Below, piece after piece: positions 1 to 11,125 of a DNA stretch of 24,000 bases. The stretch comes from Deltaproteobacteria bacterium (GTDB lineage Bacteria > Desulfobacterota > Desulfomonilia > Desulfomonilales > Desulfomonilaceae), in NCBI GenBank assembly GCA_016875095.1, contig VGSG01000008.1, positions 66,379 through 90,378 of the forward strand. Direction: 5' to 3'. Position 1 is the first letter of the stretch, and the number at the start of each line of letters is the position of its first letter. The notes beneath the pieces were generated by a model that worked only from the letters and a program-made list of their open reading frames with translations, searched no databases and was not told the origin of the DNA. A program made the position numbers and the translations under genes.

Positions 1-62
1 ATCTCTCGGGCGGTGTATTCAGCGCTCCTGAGTAGCTCAGCGATCTGTTGCCGTATGGTCAG
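1..62 (-). CDS. Possible 5' end of a leftward-reading gene (partial). The visible N-terminus (L/M)TIRQQIAELLRSAEYTARE resembles the start of small HTH-type regulators.
   Basis: The minus-strand frame is open from 62 to the window edge. AGGAGA (minus strand, 74..69) lies 6 nt upstream of a CTG at 62..60, and no ATG/GTG is available. Only 20 codons are visible, so this is weak. Confidence 0.25.
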   Translation of the reverse strand, partial: MTIRQQIAELLRSAEYTARE

Positions 63-218
63 TGGATTTCTCCTCAAGGGCCTTGCTCTCGGGACCCCCA
101 CGAGGGGCCAGGTCCCTTTAACCTTGACAAATCCTTTTCTTTTCGGAGAGGATAACCTTTCCGGCTCGACTGCGGCAACGACTTTTCCCCCATTCTTCTT
201 TCCTAATGGGAGGCGCTC

Positions 219-683
219 ATGGCCCAGAGGTCTATGAATAAGGTTTTGTTGCTTGGCAATCTGGGAAAAGACCCCGAGGTCAGATACACCGCGGCGGGAA
301 GAGCAGTAGCCACATTCACTCTGGCGACCTCCCAACGTTGGAAGGACCAGGAGGGGAATGACCAGGAAAGGACGGAGTGGCACCGCATCGTGGCATGGGG
401 AAGACTGGGTGAGGTCTGTGGTGAGTACCTAAGTAAGGGCAAGCAGGTATTCATCGAGGGCCGTATTCAAACCCGTGACTGGGAAGATCAGGACGGAAAC
501 AAGAGAACCACGGTCGAGATCATCGCGCAGGACATGATTATGCTCGGCGGCCCCGGGTCCCAGTCGGACCGGGAAAGCGGCCCGCGGGGGGAAGCGCGAC
601 CCCCACGCCAACCTCCCGGGCCCAAACGTGAACCGGAAAGGCGATACGAGCCGCCTCCGCCGGAAGACGACATTCCGTTCTGA
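219..683 (+). CDS. ssb: Single-stranded DNA-binding protein
   Basis: 154 aa. The N-terminal OB fold ([18 protein letters not shown]...[12 protein letters not shown]...[17 protein letters not shown]) is followed by a Pro/Gly-rich linker and the canonical acidic tail DDIPF. GGGAGG (208-213) lies 5 nt upstream of the ATG. Confidence 0.95.
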   Translation: MAQRSMNKVLLLGNLGKDPEVRYTAAGRAVATFTLATSQRWKDQEGNDQERTEWHRIVAWGRLGEVCGEYLSKGKQVFIEGRIQTRDWEDQDGNKRTTVEIIAQDMIMLGGPGSQSDRESGPRGEARPPRQPPGPKREPERRYEPPPPEDDIPF

Positions 684-926
684 GCGCTCCTGCGCGGGAC
701 TGTTCCGGGAGGATCGTTTTCGCCCTCATCAGTCGAGCAATAGGGGGACACCGTCTCCGGATCACTGCCCTGATGCCCGAATCGTTGAATGTTGACCTTC
801 TTGTCCCGGGTATTAGACTGTACCGTGGAGTGAGTCGGCCGGCTTTGGAGGGAGGAGAGACTACCTCGCCGGAGTCCATTCGGCCTCCGCGAAACGCATG
901 ACGCGCCTGACTAAAAAGGAGAACCC

Positions 927-2840
927 ATGAGAGCAATGGTGGGAGTTCGATGCGCGGCTGCTTTAGTGTCAGCGGCTCTAATATGTCTTGGTGGTTTCCT
1001 CGGCGATCAGGCCTTTTGCTTTAACGAGGCGCCGATGCTGGCGAAACTTGTCAAAGAAGGGAAGCTCCCTCCCGTGGACAAACGCCTTCCTGCCCAACCC
1101 GTTGTCATCAAGCCGAATGAAAAGCCCGGAGTATACGGCGGAGTCTGGAGACGGGCGTACACCGGCATGGGTGACTTGGTGGGCGCCCGCCGCGTGGTTT
1201 ATGAGCCTCTGGTGCGATGGAGCCCCGATTATAAGATTCTGCCGAACCTGGCCGAAAAATGGGAAATCTCCGATGAGGGCCGGGCATTCACCTTGCATCT
1301 TGTCAAAGGGGTGCGCTGGTCGGATGGTGAACCTTTCACCGTCGAAGATATCATCTTCTACTTTGACGATGTTCTTGCCGATAAGGAGCTGACTCCAAGC
1401 ATCCCCAAGTGGATCAGCCCCGAGGGGAAAATGCCCAAGGTGACCAAGGTGGACGATCACACCATCAAGTTGGAATTCGAAGAACCCAACGGCCTGTTCT
1501 TGCAACAGCTTGCCTGTCCTCACGGCATGGAGCTCACTACCAAGCCTAAGCACTATCTTAAGAAATTCCACAAGAAGTACGCGAAGCCCGAAGAGCTGGA
1601 CGCCATCCTGAAACAAAAGAACGTATCGTCATGGGCCAAGCTCTTCCAGGACGAATCAAGTCTCAGGTATTGCCTCTTCGTGTCCAAGGAGATGCCTTCC
1701 CTTTGCGCATGGGTCACCACGGTCCCTGCTCCGAGCAAGCGATTCGTGATGGAACGCAACCCGTATTATTGGAAGGTGGACACCAACGGAAATCAACTTC
1801 CGTACATCGATAGCGTGGTGCATGAGCTACAGGCTGAGGCGCAGACCATTCTGCTCAAAGCCATAGCCGGAGAGATCGACATGCAGGGACGGCATCTCGG
1901 CGGTATGCAGAAGTCGGTCCTTTTGGTGGCAAGCATGGGCCAGGGCAACTACAGGCTCGTGCCGAAGACCGCAACCGCGTCGGTCGGGCTGCTCCTCGCG
2001 CCAAACCTAAACCACCAGGACCCGGCAATGAGGAAGATCCTCTCTGACGCCAGGTTCAGGATTGCCCTTTCCCACGCGCTCAACCGTGAAGAGATCAACA
2101 AGATCGTGTACCGCGGCAAAGGTCTGCCGAGGCAGGCTGCGCCTTTGAAAGAGTCGGAATACTACAGCGCTTCGTACGAGAAGGCGTACATAACGTATGA
2201 CAAGGCCAAAGCAGAGGCCCTCCTCGATGATATGGGCCTGAAGAAAGGCTCTGACGGTAAGAGGGCGCGCGCTGACGGTCAGCCTCTTCGGCTCACCCTC
2301 GATGTGACCGCGGCTATAGAAAACTGGGTCGACCAAGCTGAAATAGTCGCTTCCAACCTGGGCGCCATCGGAATCGACACCGAAGTGAAGGCCGAAACCA
2401 GAGATCTCTTCCGCCAGCGCATCCAGTCGGCCGCGCATGACATTGCCCTGTGGCCGGGTGACGGCGGCATGGAATGTCTGCTGGAGCCCCGGTGGTACTT
2501 CCCGTTCAGCACGGAAAGTTTGCAGGCGCCGTTGTACGGGAAGTGGTACCAGACCGGCGGGAAGCAGGGCGAAGAGCCGCCCGCGGAGATCAAGGAGCTG
2601 ATGAATATCTACAACGAGATTCTCGTGACGGTTTCCGACCAAAAACAGAAGGAGTTGTTCGCTAAGATCATCGCAGCCAACGAGAAACACCTGTGGGTTG
2701 TGGGGTTGGTGCATGATCCGCCCGATTATTACGTGGTTGCGCCCAACATGCATAATGTGCCGAAACAGGACTTCCAAAGCTGGACGTATCCGAATCCTGG
2801 CCCGGCCAACCCGGAGCAGTTCTTCATGACGAAGAAATGA
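927..2840 (+). CDS. ABC transporter substrate-binding protein, family 5 (peptide/nickel/oligosaccharide type), secreted
   Basis: 637 aa with an N-terminal signal peptide. Typical family-5 opening (LVKEGKLPPVDKRLP..PVVIKP, GGVWRRAY, LAEKWEISDEGRAFTLHLVKGVRWSDGEPFT). AAGGAGA (916-922) precedes the ATG. It is the first gene of an operon with two permeases and two ATPases. The substrate cannot be read from the sequence. Confidence 0.9.
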   Translation: MRAMVGVRCAAALVSAALICLGGFLGDQAFCFNEAPMLAKLVKEGKLPPVDKRLPAQPVVIKPNEKPGVYGGVWRRAYTGMGDLVGARRVVYEPLVRWSPDYKILPNLAEKWEISDEGRAFTLHLVKGVRWSDGEPFTVEDIIFYFDDVLADKELTPSIPKWISPEGKMPKVTKVDDHTIKLEFEEPNGLFLQQLACPHGMELTTKPKHYLKKFHKKYAKPEELDAILKQKNVSSWAKLFQDESSLRYCLFVSKEMPSLCAWVTTVPAPSKRFVMERNPYYWKVDTNGNQLPYIDSVVHELQAEAQTILLKAIAGEIDMQGRHLGGMQKSVLLVASMGQGNYRLVPKTATASVGLLLAPNLNHQDPAMRKILSDARFRIALSHALNREEINKIVYRGKGLPRQAAPLKESEYYSASYEKAYITYDKAKAEALLDDMGLKKGSDGKRARADGQPLRLTLDVTAAIENWVDQAEIVASNLGAIGIDTEVKAETRDLFRQRIQSAAHDIALWPGDGGMECLLEPRWYFPFSTESLQAPLYGKWYQTGGKQGEEPPAEIKELMNIYNEILVTVSDQKQKELFAKIIAANEKHLWVVGLVHDPPDYYVVAPNMHNVPKQDFQSWTYPNPGPANPEQFFMTKK

Positions 2841-2971
2841 CCCCCGGGCTCATCATTTCGTAAATGCCCTGACACAGGCGCGGCGCCGGGACTCTCTGAT
2901 CTTTAGGGAATTGCCCCCGGAGGAGGTCAAGGTATTGTCAACTGTCATGAATCGCTCGTGGTGAAACGATT

Positions 2972-3970
2972 ATGCTCACGTACATCATTCGTCGCATCTT
3001 TATTATGATTCCGACGCTGATCGCGATCTCGGTGATTTCGTTTATCATTATCGAGCTTCCGCCGGGAGATTTCCTCACCGCGTATACCGCAGAGTTGAGC
3101 ATGAGCGGGGAGGCGATAGATCAAGTAGAGCTCGAATCGCTCAAGAAGCGATTTGGTCTGGATGAGCCGCTGTACATGAGGTACTTGCTCTGGGCTTGGA
3201 ACTTCCTTCACGGCGATTTCGGACACAGTTTCGAATGGAACAAACCGGTAAGAGACCTGATCGGAGAACGTCTGGCAATGTCGGTAACGATCTCCACCTG
3301 CACGCTGCTGTTCACATGGCTGGTCTCCGTGCCGATCGGGATTTATTCCGCGGTGAGGCAGTATTCGTGGGTAGACCATTTCCTCACGTTCATAGGATTC
3401 ATCGGGCTGGCCACCCCGAATTTTCTCTTCGCGCTTGTGCTGCTCTGGGTCTCTTACGCTTACCTCGGCATGAATGTGGGAGGTCTCTTCTCCCCTGAGT
3501 ATTCGGAGGCTCCCTGGGACCTTGCTAAGGTGCTGGATCTTCTCAAGCATCTTTGGATACCGGTAGTGATAGTGGGCACCGCCCACACCGCCAAGTTCAT
3601 ACGCATCATCCGCGGGAATCTCCTCGATGAGCTTAAGAAGCCCTATGTGACCACCGCGAGAGCTAAGGGTCTACCTGAGACTCGGCTGATCCTCAAATAC
3701 CCGGTCCGTGTCGCTATCAACCCACTGGTGAGCACAATCGGCTGGACCTTGCCCGAGCTGATCTCAGGAATTGCGATCACCGCCGTAGTCTTGAACCTGC
3801 CCACAACAGGCCCGCTCCTTCTCCGTGCCCTGATGAGCCAGGACATGCAATTGGCGGGGACGTTTATCATGTTCCTCAGCGCCCTGACGGTATTGGGAAC
3901 CCTGATCTCGGATATTCTCTTGGCATGGGTCGATCCTCGGATCAGATATGAAGCGCGGGAAGTGAAGTAA
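2972..3970 (+). CDS. ABC transporter permease (DppB/OppB-like)
   Basis: 332 aa. Starts MLTYIIRRIFIMIPTLIAISVISFIII and carries the typical ARAKGL EAA-loop region (YVTTARAKGLPE). Multiple hydrophobic spans. Confidence 0.9.
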   Translation: MLTYIIRRIFIMIPTLIAISVISFIIIELPPGDFLTAYTAELSMSGEAIDQVELESLKKRFGLDEPLYMRYLLWAWNFLHGDFGHSFEWNKPVRDLIGERLAMSVTISTCTLLFTWLVSVPIGIYSAVRQYSWVDHFLTFIGFIGLATPNFLFALVLLWVSYAYLGMNVGGLFSPEYSEAPWDLAKVLDLLKHLWIPVVIVGTAHTAKFIRIIRGNLLDELKKPYVTTARAKGLPETRLILKYPVRVAINPLVSTIGWTLPELISGIAITAVVLNLPTTGPLLLRALMSQDMQLAGTFIMFLSALTVLGTLISDILLAWVDPRIRYEAREVK

Positions 3971-5073
3971 TGGAAGAGAGTCGAGAAGCGCAAAAATACC
4001 TCGACGCGTCCACACGGCAACTGATCTGGTGGCGGTACAAGAAGCACGCGCTCGCCATGATCGGTTTGTATCTCATCGTGGGCTTGTACGTGTTCTCTAT
4101 GTTCTGCGAATTCCTTGCCCCTTACTCCAAGGACACGAGACACTTCGACATGACCTACGCTTCTCCCACCAAGATCAGGCTGTTCGATGACGAAGGAAAA
4201 CTCAAGAGGCCGTTCGTCCGTGAAGTGAAGATGGATGTGGACCTCAAAACGCAACAAATCCGTTACTTGGAGGTCGCCGGAACACATTATCCGATCCGGT
4301 TGTTTGTGCGAGGCGACTCGTACGAGTTCTGGAGCCTTTGGGAGGGGAATCTGCATCTTTTTGGGGTAGACGCTCCCGGGCGGCTCTTCCTTTTCGGGAC
4401 CGACAGGATGGGGCGTGACCTTTTCAGTCGGTGCCTTTACGGAAGCAGGATATCGCTCTCCATAGGGATGTTCGGTGTGGCCCTGAGCCTTCTGCTCGGA
4501 TTGGTTCTTGGAGGCGTATCCGGATATGTGGGCGGTTGGGTGGATAGTCTCATTCAGCGAACCATCGAAGTGATCCGGTGCTTCCCCAGCATTCCCCTCT
4601 GGATGGGGCTCGCGGCCGCAATGCCCCCGCACTGGCATGCTCTGAAAGTATACTTCATGATCACGATTATCCTCTCTCTGGTGGGCTGGACCGATCTCGC
4701 CCGCATGGTGCGGGGTAAGCTCATCTCATTGAGAGAGGAGGAGTTCGTGCTTGCGGCCCGGTTCGCAGGCGCGGGGCACACGCGGATCATCTTTCGGCAT
4801 CTGCTGCCATCATTCACCAGCCATATCATCGTTACGGTAACTCTGGCCATTCCGCACATGGTGCTGGCTGAGACCGCTCTCAGCTTCCTGGGGATCGGTC
4901 TTCGTCCGCCGATCACGAGCCTGGGAACGCTCCTGAAAGAGGCCCAGAACGTCACCACCATTGCGCTCTATCCGTGGTTGCTGATTCCTGTGGCGTTCGT
5001 TATCGCAACGGTGCTCGCGTTCAACTTTGTTGGTGACGGTTTGAGGGACGCGGTGGATCCGTACTCGAGGTAA
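3970..5073 (+). CDS. ABC transporter permease (DppC/OppC-like, long N-terminal type)
   Basis: 367 aa. Its ATG overlaps the upstream stop (TAATG at 3968-3972), indicating translational coupling. Contains GTDRMGRDLFSR and FVLAARFAGAGHTRIIFRHLLP motifs. Confidence 0.9.
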   Translation: MEESREAQKYLDASTRQLIWWRYKKHALAMIGLYLIVGLYVFSMFCEFLAPYSKDTRHFDMTYASPTKIRLFDDEGKLKRPFVREVKMDVDLKTQQIRYLEVAGTHYPIRLFVRGDSYEFWSLWEGNLHLFGVDAPGRLFLFGTDRMGRDLFSRCLYGSRISLSIGMFGVALSLLLGLVLGGVSGYVGGWVDSLIQRTIEVIRCFPSIPLWMGLAAAMPPHWHALKVYFMITIILSLVGWTDLARMVRGKLISLREEEFVLAARFAGAGHTRIIFRHLLPSFTSHIIVTVTLAIPHMVLAETALSFLGIGLRPPITSLGTLLKEAQNVTTIALYPWLLIPVAFVIATVLAFNFVGDGLRDAVDPYSR

Positions 5074-5078
5074 TTATC

Positions 5079-6089
5079 ATGGCGACGATCCTGGCGGTGG
5101 AAAACCTTCGTGTTCACTTTTTTCTGGACCAGGGCCTGGTCAGGGCCGTGGACGGCGTCAGCTTTACGCTGGAAGAGGGAAAAACTCTGGGCATCGTGGG
5201 TGAGTCAGGATCTGGCAAGAGCGTAATCGGACAGTCGATTCTGCGGATTGTGCCCCCACCGGGACAAATCGTGGAAGGGAACATCCTATTCCAACACCAG
5301 GAAAACGGGGCGACCACTCAGATTGATCTGGCGCAACTCGACCCTTGGGGCAAGAAGGCCCGCAGCATCAGGGGACGGGAAATCGCTATGATCTTTCAGG
5401 AGCCGATGAACTCCTTCAGTCCGGTGCATACGGTAGGGAACCAAATCATCGAGGCATTACGGCTCCACCAAGACGTTTCCGCTGCCGAGGCCCGCAATCG
5501 CGGGATCGAGATGTTGGGCCGCGTGGGTATTCCGCAACCCGAACTCCGTATCGACGCATACCCTTACGAGCTATCCGGCGGAATGCGGCAACGAGCCATG
5601 ATTGCTATGGCCCTGGTATGCAACCCTCGCATCCTGATTGCGGACGAACCCACCACTGCTCTGGACGTAACGATTCAGGCCCAGATCTTGGAGTTGCTCA
5701 GGAGTCTGCAAGAAGAATTCCGGATGGCGATTCTTTTCATTTCCCACAACCTGGGTGTGATCGCGGAAATCAGCCACGAAGTGATGGTCGTGTACTTCGG
5801 GAGGGTCATGGAGCGCGCCACGGTGAGCGAGATCTTCAAGGCCCCTCTCCATCCGTACACGAAAGCGTTGCTCGAATCCGTCCCGGGAATAGACACCCCT
5901 GTGCGCACGCACTTGGCGACTATAGAAGGGACACTGCCCGACCCGCACATGTATATCCGTGGTTGTCCTTTTTTCGGGCGATGTGGCGAGTGCGAAGGCA
6001 ACACGGTGTGTCGCGACGAGCCGTACGAGCTGACCTGGGTTGCCGAAGACCATTATGTGGCCTGTCCGCGCATCTGTGTTCCCATGTGA
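5079..6089 (+). CDS. ABC transporter ATP-binding protein (OppD/DppD-like) with a Cys-rich C-terminal extension
   Basis: 336 aa. Walker A GESGSGKS, signature LSGGMRQR, Walker B ILIADEPTTALD. The Opp/Dpp-type C-terminal domain carries six Cys (5964-6077). Confidence 0.92.
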   Translation: MATILAVENLRVHFFLDQGLVRAVDGVSFTLEEGKTLGIVGESGSGKSVIGQSILRIVPPPGQIVEGNILFQHQENGATTQIDLAQLDPWGKKARSIRGREIAMIFQEPMNSFSPVHTVGNQIIEALRLHQDVSAAEARNRGIEMLGRVGIPQPELRIDAYPYELSGGMRQRAMIAMALVCNPRILIADEPTTALDVTIQAQILELLRSLQEEFRMAILFISHNLGVIAEISHEVMVVYFGRVMERATVSEIFKAPLHPYTKALLESVPGIDTPVRTHLATIEGTLPDPHMYIRGCPFFGRCGECEGNTVCRDEPYELTWVAEDHYVACPRICVPM

Positions 6090-6096
6090 GGTTTCC

Positions 6097-7131
<1,035 letters not shown>

Positions 7132-7248
7132 TAAGAATACACTTATGGCCGGAACTCCGAAAAGACATGCTGGGAAAGGCTCGATCGCGTCCGTGCCCCC
7201 ATGTGGGGGTTGCACGGTCAAAGCATGCGCGGAAAGACAGGCCCCGGG

Positions 7249-8514
7249 ATGAGTAAGAACATCAAACGAATTCTGGTCTACACGCACAACTCAATCGGGC
7301 TGGGCCACGCATTTCGGACGCTGGCCGTCATCACGGGCATCCGGAAATGGCGACCCGACATCAATTTTCTCGTTATATCAAGCACATCAGTTCCTCAGAT
7401 TTTCTTCGACGAAGGGATCGACGTCATCAAGCTCCCCTCTGTCAAGCTTGACATCGACTGCAAGAGCGAACCCATGCAGCCTCGGTATCTTGCCGACTGC
7501 GACCTGGAGAGTATCTTCGATTTTCGCCAGCGCCTCATTCTGGAGACCTTCGACTTCTTCAGGCCGGATGTGCTTCTTGTCGAGCACAATATGACCGGTC
7601 AAATGAGCGAGTTGATGCCCTTGCTCATGAAAAAGTGGATGCGCCAAGGAGGGCCTGCGGATTTCATATTGGCCCACATGTGCCGGGGAATCATGAGGTG
7701 GGTTCCTTTGTTGAGCATCCCGTACCAAAACCCCAGGCATCGCTCCGAGTCAATTAACATAGGCAAGCTCTATGATTTCATGTACGTCCTGGAGGACAGA
7801 CAGGTCATAGACATCAACAAGGCATTCCTGGGAAACGATCCGGAGCTTGAAAAGAAGATCCGCTACCTGGGTAAAATCACCAACAAGATCTATGAAGAAC
7901 TCCCTGACAGACAATCCACCCTCAGTAACTTCGCGCTGCCGGACAAGCCGGTGATTCTGGTGTCATTGGGCAGGAACAGGATGGTCCCGGTCCTGTCCAA
8001 GAAACTCCTGCAAATCTTTGAAGAAGCGCAGATCAGCCGTGATTATCAGGTCCTCATGGTCCTGGACACGTACCTGGACCGCGAGCTGGCCTGTGACGTG
8101 CGGAGCTACCGGGGAAGCAAGTCGGTGCGATTCCTCGATTTTGTTCCTGACCTCGTGGATTTGGTCAATCATTCTGAGTTGGTCATATCCCGGGCCGGGT
8201 ACAATACGTTCAACGAAGTGCTCCTCACCGGCGCGAAGGCGCTGCTCATACCTGAATCCCACGGAAGCAGGGAACAAGAACAGCGGTGCCGAAGCGTTCC
8301 GTACGAGAATATTGTGGTGAAGACCGAAGAAGAACTCTTGCTCGACGACAGCGTTGACCTCATACGCAATCTCCTCAACGGAGGTCGCCCGCGCGTGCCG
8401 ACGAAATTCAACAAGTACGAGCTGGGAAAAGCAATGATCGAAGAAATGGAGGAATGGACCACACAAAAGCACGAAAGTCGCAACTGGATCGCTGAACTGC
8501 GGATTCAGTCTTGA
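7249..8514 (+). CDS. GT-B-fold glycosyltransferase-like protein (MurG/GT28 C-terminal-like, of the uncharacterised 'predicted glycosyl transferase' type)
   Basis: N-terminal RILVYTHNSIGLGHAFRTLAV. The C-terminal region (ELVISRAGYNTFNEVLLTGAKALLIPE..REQEQRCR) looks like a nucleotide-sugar-binding site. The start is uncertain: ATGs at 7201, 7225 and 7249, none with a good RBS. Family assignment rests on remembered motif resemblance only. Confidence 0.6.
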   Translation: MSKNIKRILVYTHNSIGLGHAFRTLAVITGIRKWRPDINFLVISSTSVPQIFFDEGIDVIKLPSVKLDIDCKSEPMQPRYLADCDLESIFDFRQRLILETFDFFRPDVLLVEHNMTGQMSELMPLLMKKWMRQGGPADFILAHMCRGIMRWVPLLSIPYQNPRHRSESINIGKLYDFMYVLEDRQVIDINKAFLGNDPELEKKIRYLGKITNKIYEELPDRQSTLSNFALPDKPVILVSLGRNRMVPVLSKKLLQIFEEAQISRDYQVLMVLDTYLDRELACDVRSYRGSKSVRFLDFVPDLVDLVNHSELVISRAGYNTFNEVLLTGAKALLIPESHGSREQEQRCRSVPYENIVVKTEEELLLDDSVDLIRNLLNGGRPRVPTKFNKYELGKAMIEEMEEWTTQKHESRNWIAELRIQS

Positions 8515-8556
8515 GCCGCGTCCGCTTCCGATCTTCCGTTCGATATATCTCTACTG

Positions 8557-9888
8557 TTACGGATACAGACCCCGAATCATGATCGCGTCCGCGACCCGCT
8601 GAATTGCCAGCATCTGAGCCGCAACACGATAGGGCGCTTTGCGCTGCTCGCGGCAAGCCATCACGCTCTTGAACGCTTTGACCATCAAATCCTTGAGGTG
8701 GCGGTTGATCTGGTCCAGAGGCCACATGAAGGATTGCAGGTCCTGAACCCATTCCAAATAGCTCACCGTGACGCCGCCCGCATTGCAGAGAATGTCGGGA
8801 ATCGTGAAAATCCCGCGATCCTCCAAAATGTGGTCCGCCTCGTTCGTGGTAGGCCCATTGGCCCCTTCAGCAAGGATCGACGCCTTGATCTTGTCGGCAT
8901 TTCGGCCGTGAATCTGATTTTCCACCGCGGCTGCGATGAGCACGTTGCAGTTGAGCGTGAGCAGCTCATCATTGGTGACGAAATCCCCATCTCGAAAATC
9001 GGTCAGTGAGCCCGTAGCTTCTTTGTGAAGGTTCAGAGCATCCAGGTCCAGCCCTTTGTCATTATACACGCCCCCCTGAGACCCGCTCACCGCAACAACC
9101 GGCATACCAAGCTCCCGGCAGCAGCTTGCCGCCACCGCGCCCACCTGGCCGAATCCCTGAATAGCCACCTTTGTTCGATCAGGATACATCCCCTTGAGTC
9201 GAAGCGCCTCCTCCAACGTGTATACCACACCGCGGCCCGTGGCCTCGGTCCTGCCGAGCGACCCGCCTATTTCCACTGGTTTTCCCGTGACCACCGCGGG
9301 CACCGAGTACCCCTGGTGCATTGAAAAGGTGTCCATCATCCATGCCATCACTTGTTGGTCCGTCCCCATGTCGGGCCCGGGGATATCACTCTCCGGCCCT
9401 ATCAACACACTGATCTCCGTTGTGTACCGGCGAGTGAGTCGCTCCAGTTCCCTCCGCGACACTTTCTTGGGATCCACGAGCACACCGCCCTTGCCCCCAC
9501 CAAAAGGCAAGTTCATCAACGAGCACTTCCACGTCATCCACATGGCCAGCGCGCGAATCTCATCGAGCGTCACCCACGGGGAGTACCGGGTGCCGCCCTT
9601 GGTAGGACCGAGCACTATGGAATGATGGACGCGATAGCCCCTGAAGATCTTGATCTCTCCGGTATCCATCTGCACTGGAAAAGTGACCGAGAGTTCGCGC
9701 TTAGGGTACCTCAGGGTTTCCACTACCCCGCCTTCGAGTTTGAGGTACGAGATGGCCTGATCAAACTGCGCCAGCGCATTCACATAGGGGTTCTCTCCAG
9801 CCAGTTCCGGGGCTGCGCCCAGCGCTCTGGAAACAGAAAACCTGGATCCATTTTCAGCTTTGGTTTCTCCCGCACTCTTTTCAGGCAT
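8557..9888 (-). CDS. gdhA: Glutamate dehydrogenase (Glu/Leu/Phe/Val dehydrogenase family)
   Basis: Catalytic-lysine region KCSLMNLPFGGGKGGV and Rossmann motif IQGFGQVGAVAA. The track start at 9906 is a GTG. I prefer the ATG at 9888 because GGAGGAG lies about 9 nt upstream of it on the minus strand. Confidence 0.88.
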   Translation of the reverse strand: MPEKSAGETKAENGSRFSVSRALGAAPELAGENPYVNALAQFDQAISYLKLEGGVVETLRYPKRELSVTFPVQMDTGEIKIFRGYRVHHSIVLGPTKGGTRYSPWVTLDEIRALAMWMTWKCSLMNLPFGGGKGGVLVDPKKVSRRELERLTRRYTTEISVLIGPESDIPGPDMGTDQQVMAWMMDTFSMHQGYSVPAVVTGKPVEIGGSLGRTEATGRGVVYTLEEALRLKGMYPDRTKVAIQGFGQVGAVAASCCRELGMPVVAVSGSQGGVYNDKGLDLDALNLHKEATGSLTDFRDGDFVTNDELLTLNCNVLIAAAVENQIHGRNADKIKASILAEGANGPTTNEADHILEDRGIFTIPDILCNAGGVTVSYLEWVQDLQSFMWPLDQINRHLKDLMVKAFKSVMACREQRKAPYRVAAQMLAIQRVADAIMIRGLYP

Positions 9889-9985
9889 GTGACGTCTCTC
9901 CTCCACGGTCGACTGATTGTGTTTGGCGCCGTCCTTGCCCCCACGATTTCATGGCAAGCGGGCGCGGCGATTCCGTGACATCCAA

Positions 9986-10999
9986 TCAACAGATGCGCGG
10001 CAGGAGCTCGCCCGAAGGCTCGGCGAGCACTCTCGCCCCTCCTATGCGAGTCTTCATAACAACTCCGGAAGGCCCTGAAGGTCTGAACTCTCCGATAATA
10101 GAGGCCCCTGTTGCGAGAAGGCAGCCGCTCAAGAGCTCCAGCGCCTGTTTGCCATGGCCTTTCCCGACAACAGCCACCATTTTGCCTTCGTTAGCCGCTT
10201 GAAGCGGATCAATGCCCAGGATCTCCGACGCGGCCACCACTGAAGGATCCATTGGGATTGCCGATTCCTCCACGACTAGTCCTTTGCCGCTCGATGCCGC
10301 GATTTCGTTCAGGGTCGCGGCGAGCCCTCCCCTGGTGGGGTCGCGCAGGAACTTAAGTTCAGGCCCCAGCTCTAGGAGGCGTTCCACCACGGGCCAGACC
10401 GACGCGGAATCCGAAAGCAGGTCGAAATCGAAGGAGAAATCCGCCCTGCTCAGCATCACGGCCATACCATGATTCCCCACCGGGCCGGTTACCAGAACCT
10501 CGTCGCCTTCGGTGATGCGCTCGGGTCCCAGTTCGGTTTGCGTCTCTACGCGGCCGATCCCGGACGTGTTGATGAATATCAGATCCGCGCTCCCTTTGGG
10601 GACCACTTTCGTATCACCTGTCACGATTTCCACTCCAGCCTCTTGCGCGGCTCCGGCCATGGACTCGAGAACCCTCCTCAGATCGTCCACGGGGAGCCCT
10701 TCTTCCAGGATGAGCCCCAAAGATAAGAACACAGGCCTCGCCCCGGAACAAGCTAGGTCATTGCACGTTCCATGCACCGAGAGTGAGCCGATGTCTCCCC
10801 CGGGAAAAAATATGGGAGAGACCGTAAAGGAGTCCGTCGTGTAGGCTATTTTCTCCCCGAGCCCCGAAAGAACCACCGAATCGGGCAATGCTCGAAGTTT
10901 GCCACGATCCAACCGGGGAAGAATTACTTCCCTTATCAGGGCCCCGGTCATCTTTCCCCCCCCGCCGTGTCCGAGGAGTATGCGCTGGTCCTTATCCAT
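9986..10999 (-). CDS. hypE: Hydrogenase maturation protein HypE (carbamoyl dehydratase)
   Basis: 337 aa. PurM-like fold and N-terminal LGHGGGGK. It ends with the diagnostic HypE C-terminus PRIC. AAGGGGG RBS upstream. Confidence 0.95.
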   Translation of the reverse strand: MDKDQRILLGHGGGGKMTGALIREVILPRLDRGKLRALPDSVVLSGLGEKIAYTTDSFTVSPIFFPGGDIGSLSVHGTCNDLACSGARPVFLSLGLILEEGLPVDDLRRVLESMAGAAQEAGVEIVTGDTKVVPKGSADLIFINTSGIGRVETQTELGPERITEGDEVLVTGPVGNHGMAVMLSRADFSFDFDLLSDSASVWPVVERLLELGPELKFLRDPTRGGLAATLNEIAASSGKGLVVEESAIPMDPSVVAASEILGIDPLQAANEGKMVAVVGKGHGKQALELLSGCLLATGASIIGEFRPSGPSGVVMKTRIGGARVLAEPSGELLPRIC

Positions 11000-11125
11000 A
11001 AACCCCCTTTATTAGAGCCAACGACTGCAAGGCTTGCGCGTTTATTTCAAGTTTCCGCGTCGAGCGTCATATCGAACATGCTGCGGTTCTCGAATTCTGT
11101 GTCCAACTGACGGTGGCCACGCCCT

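Noticed and set aside
91-119. Interrupted hairpin GGGAC-CCCC-acga-GGGG-ccag-GTCCC followed by TTT, considered as a terminator
   Set aside because: No plus-strand gene ends upstream of it, and the region is more likely a divergent promoter spacer between a leftward gene and ssb. The stem is bulged and the T-run is short.
13-454. ORFs 13..237 (+) and 203..454 (-)
   Set aside because: The first spans the intergenic region and runs into ssb out of frame, with an implausible sequence. The second lies antisense to ssb.
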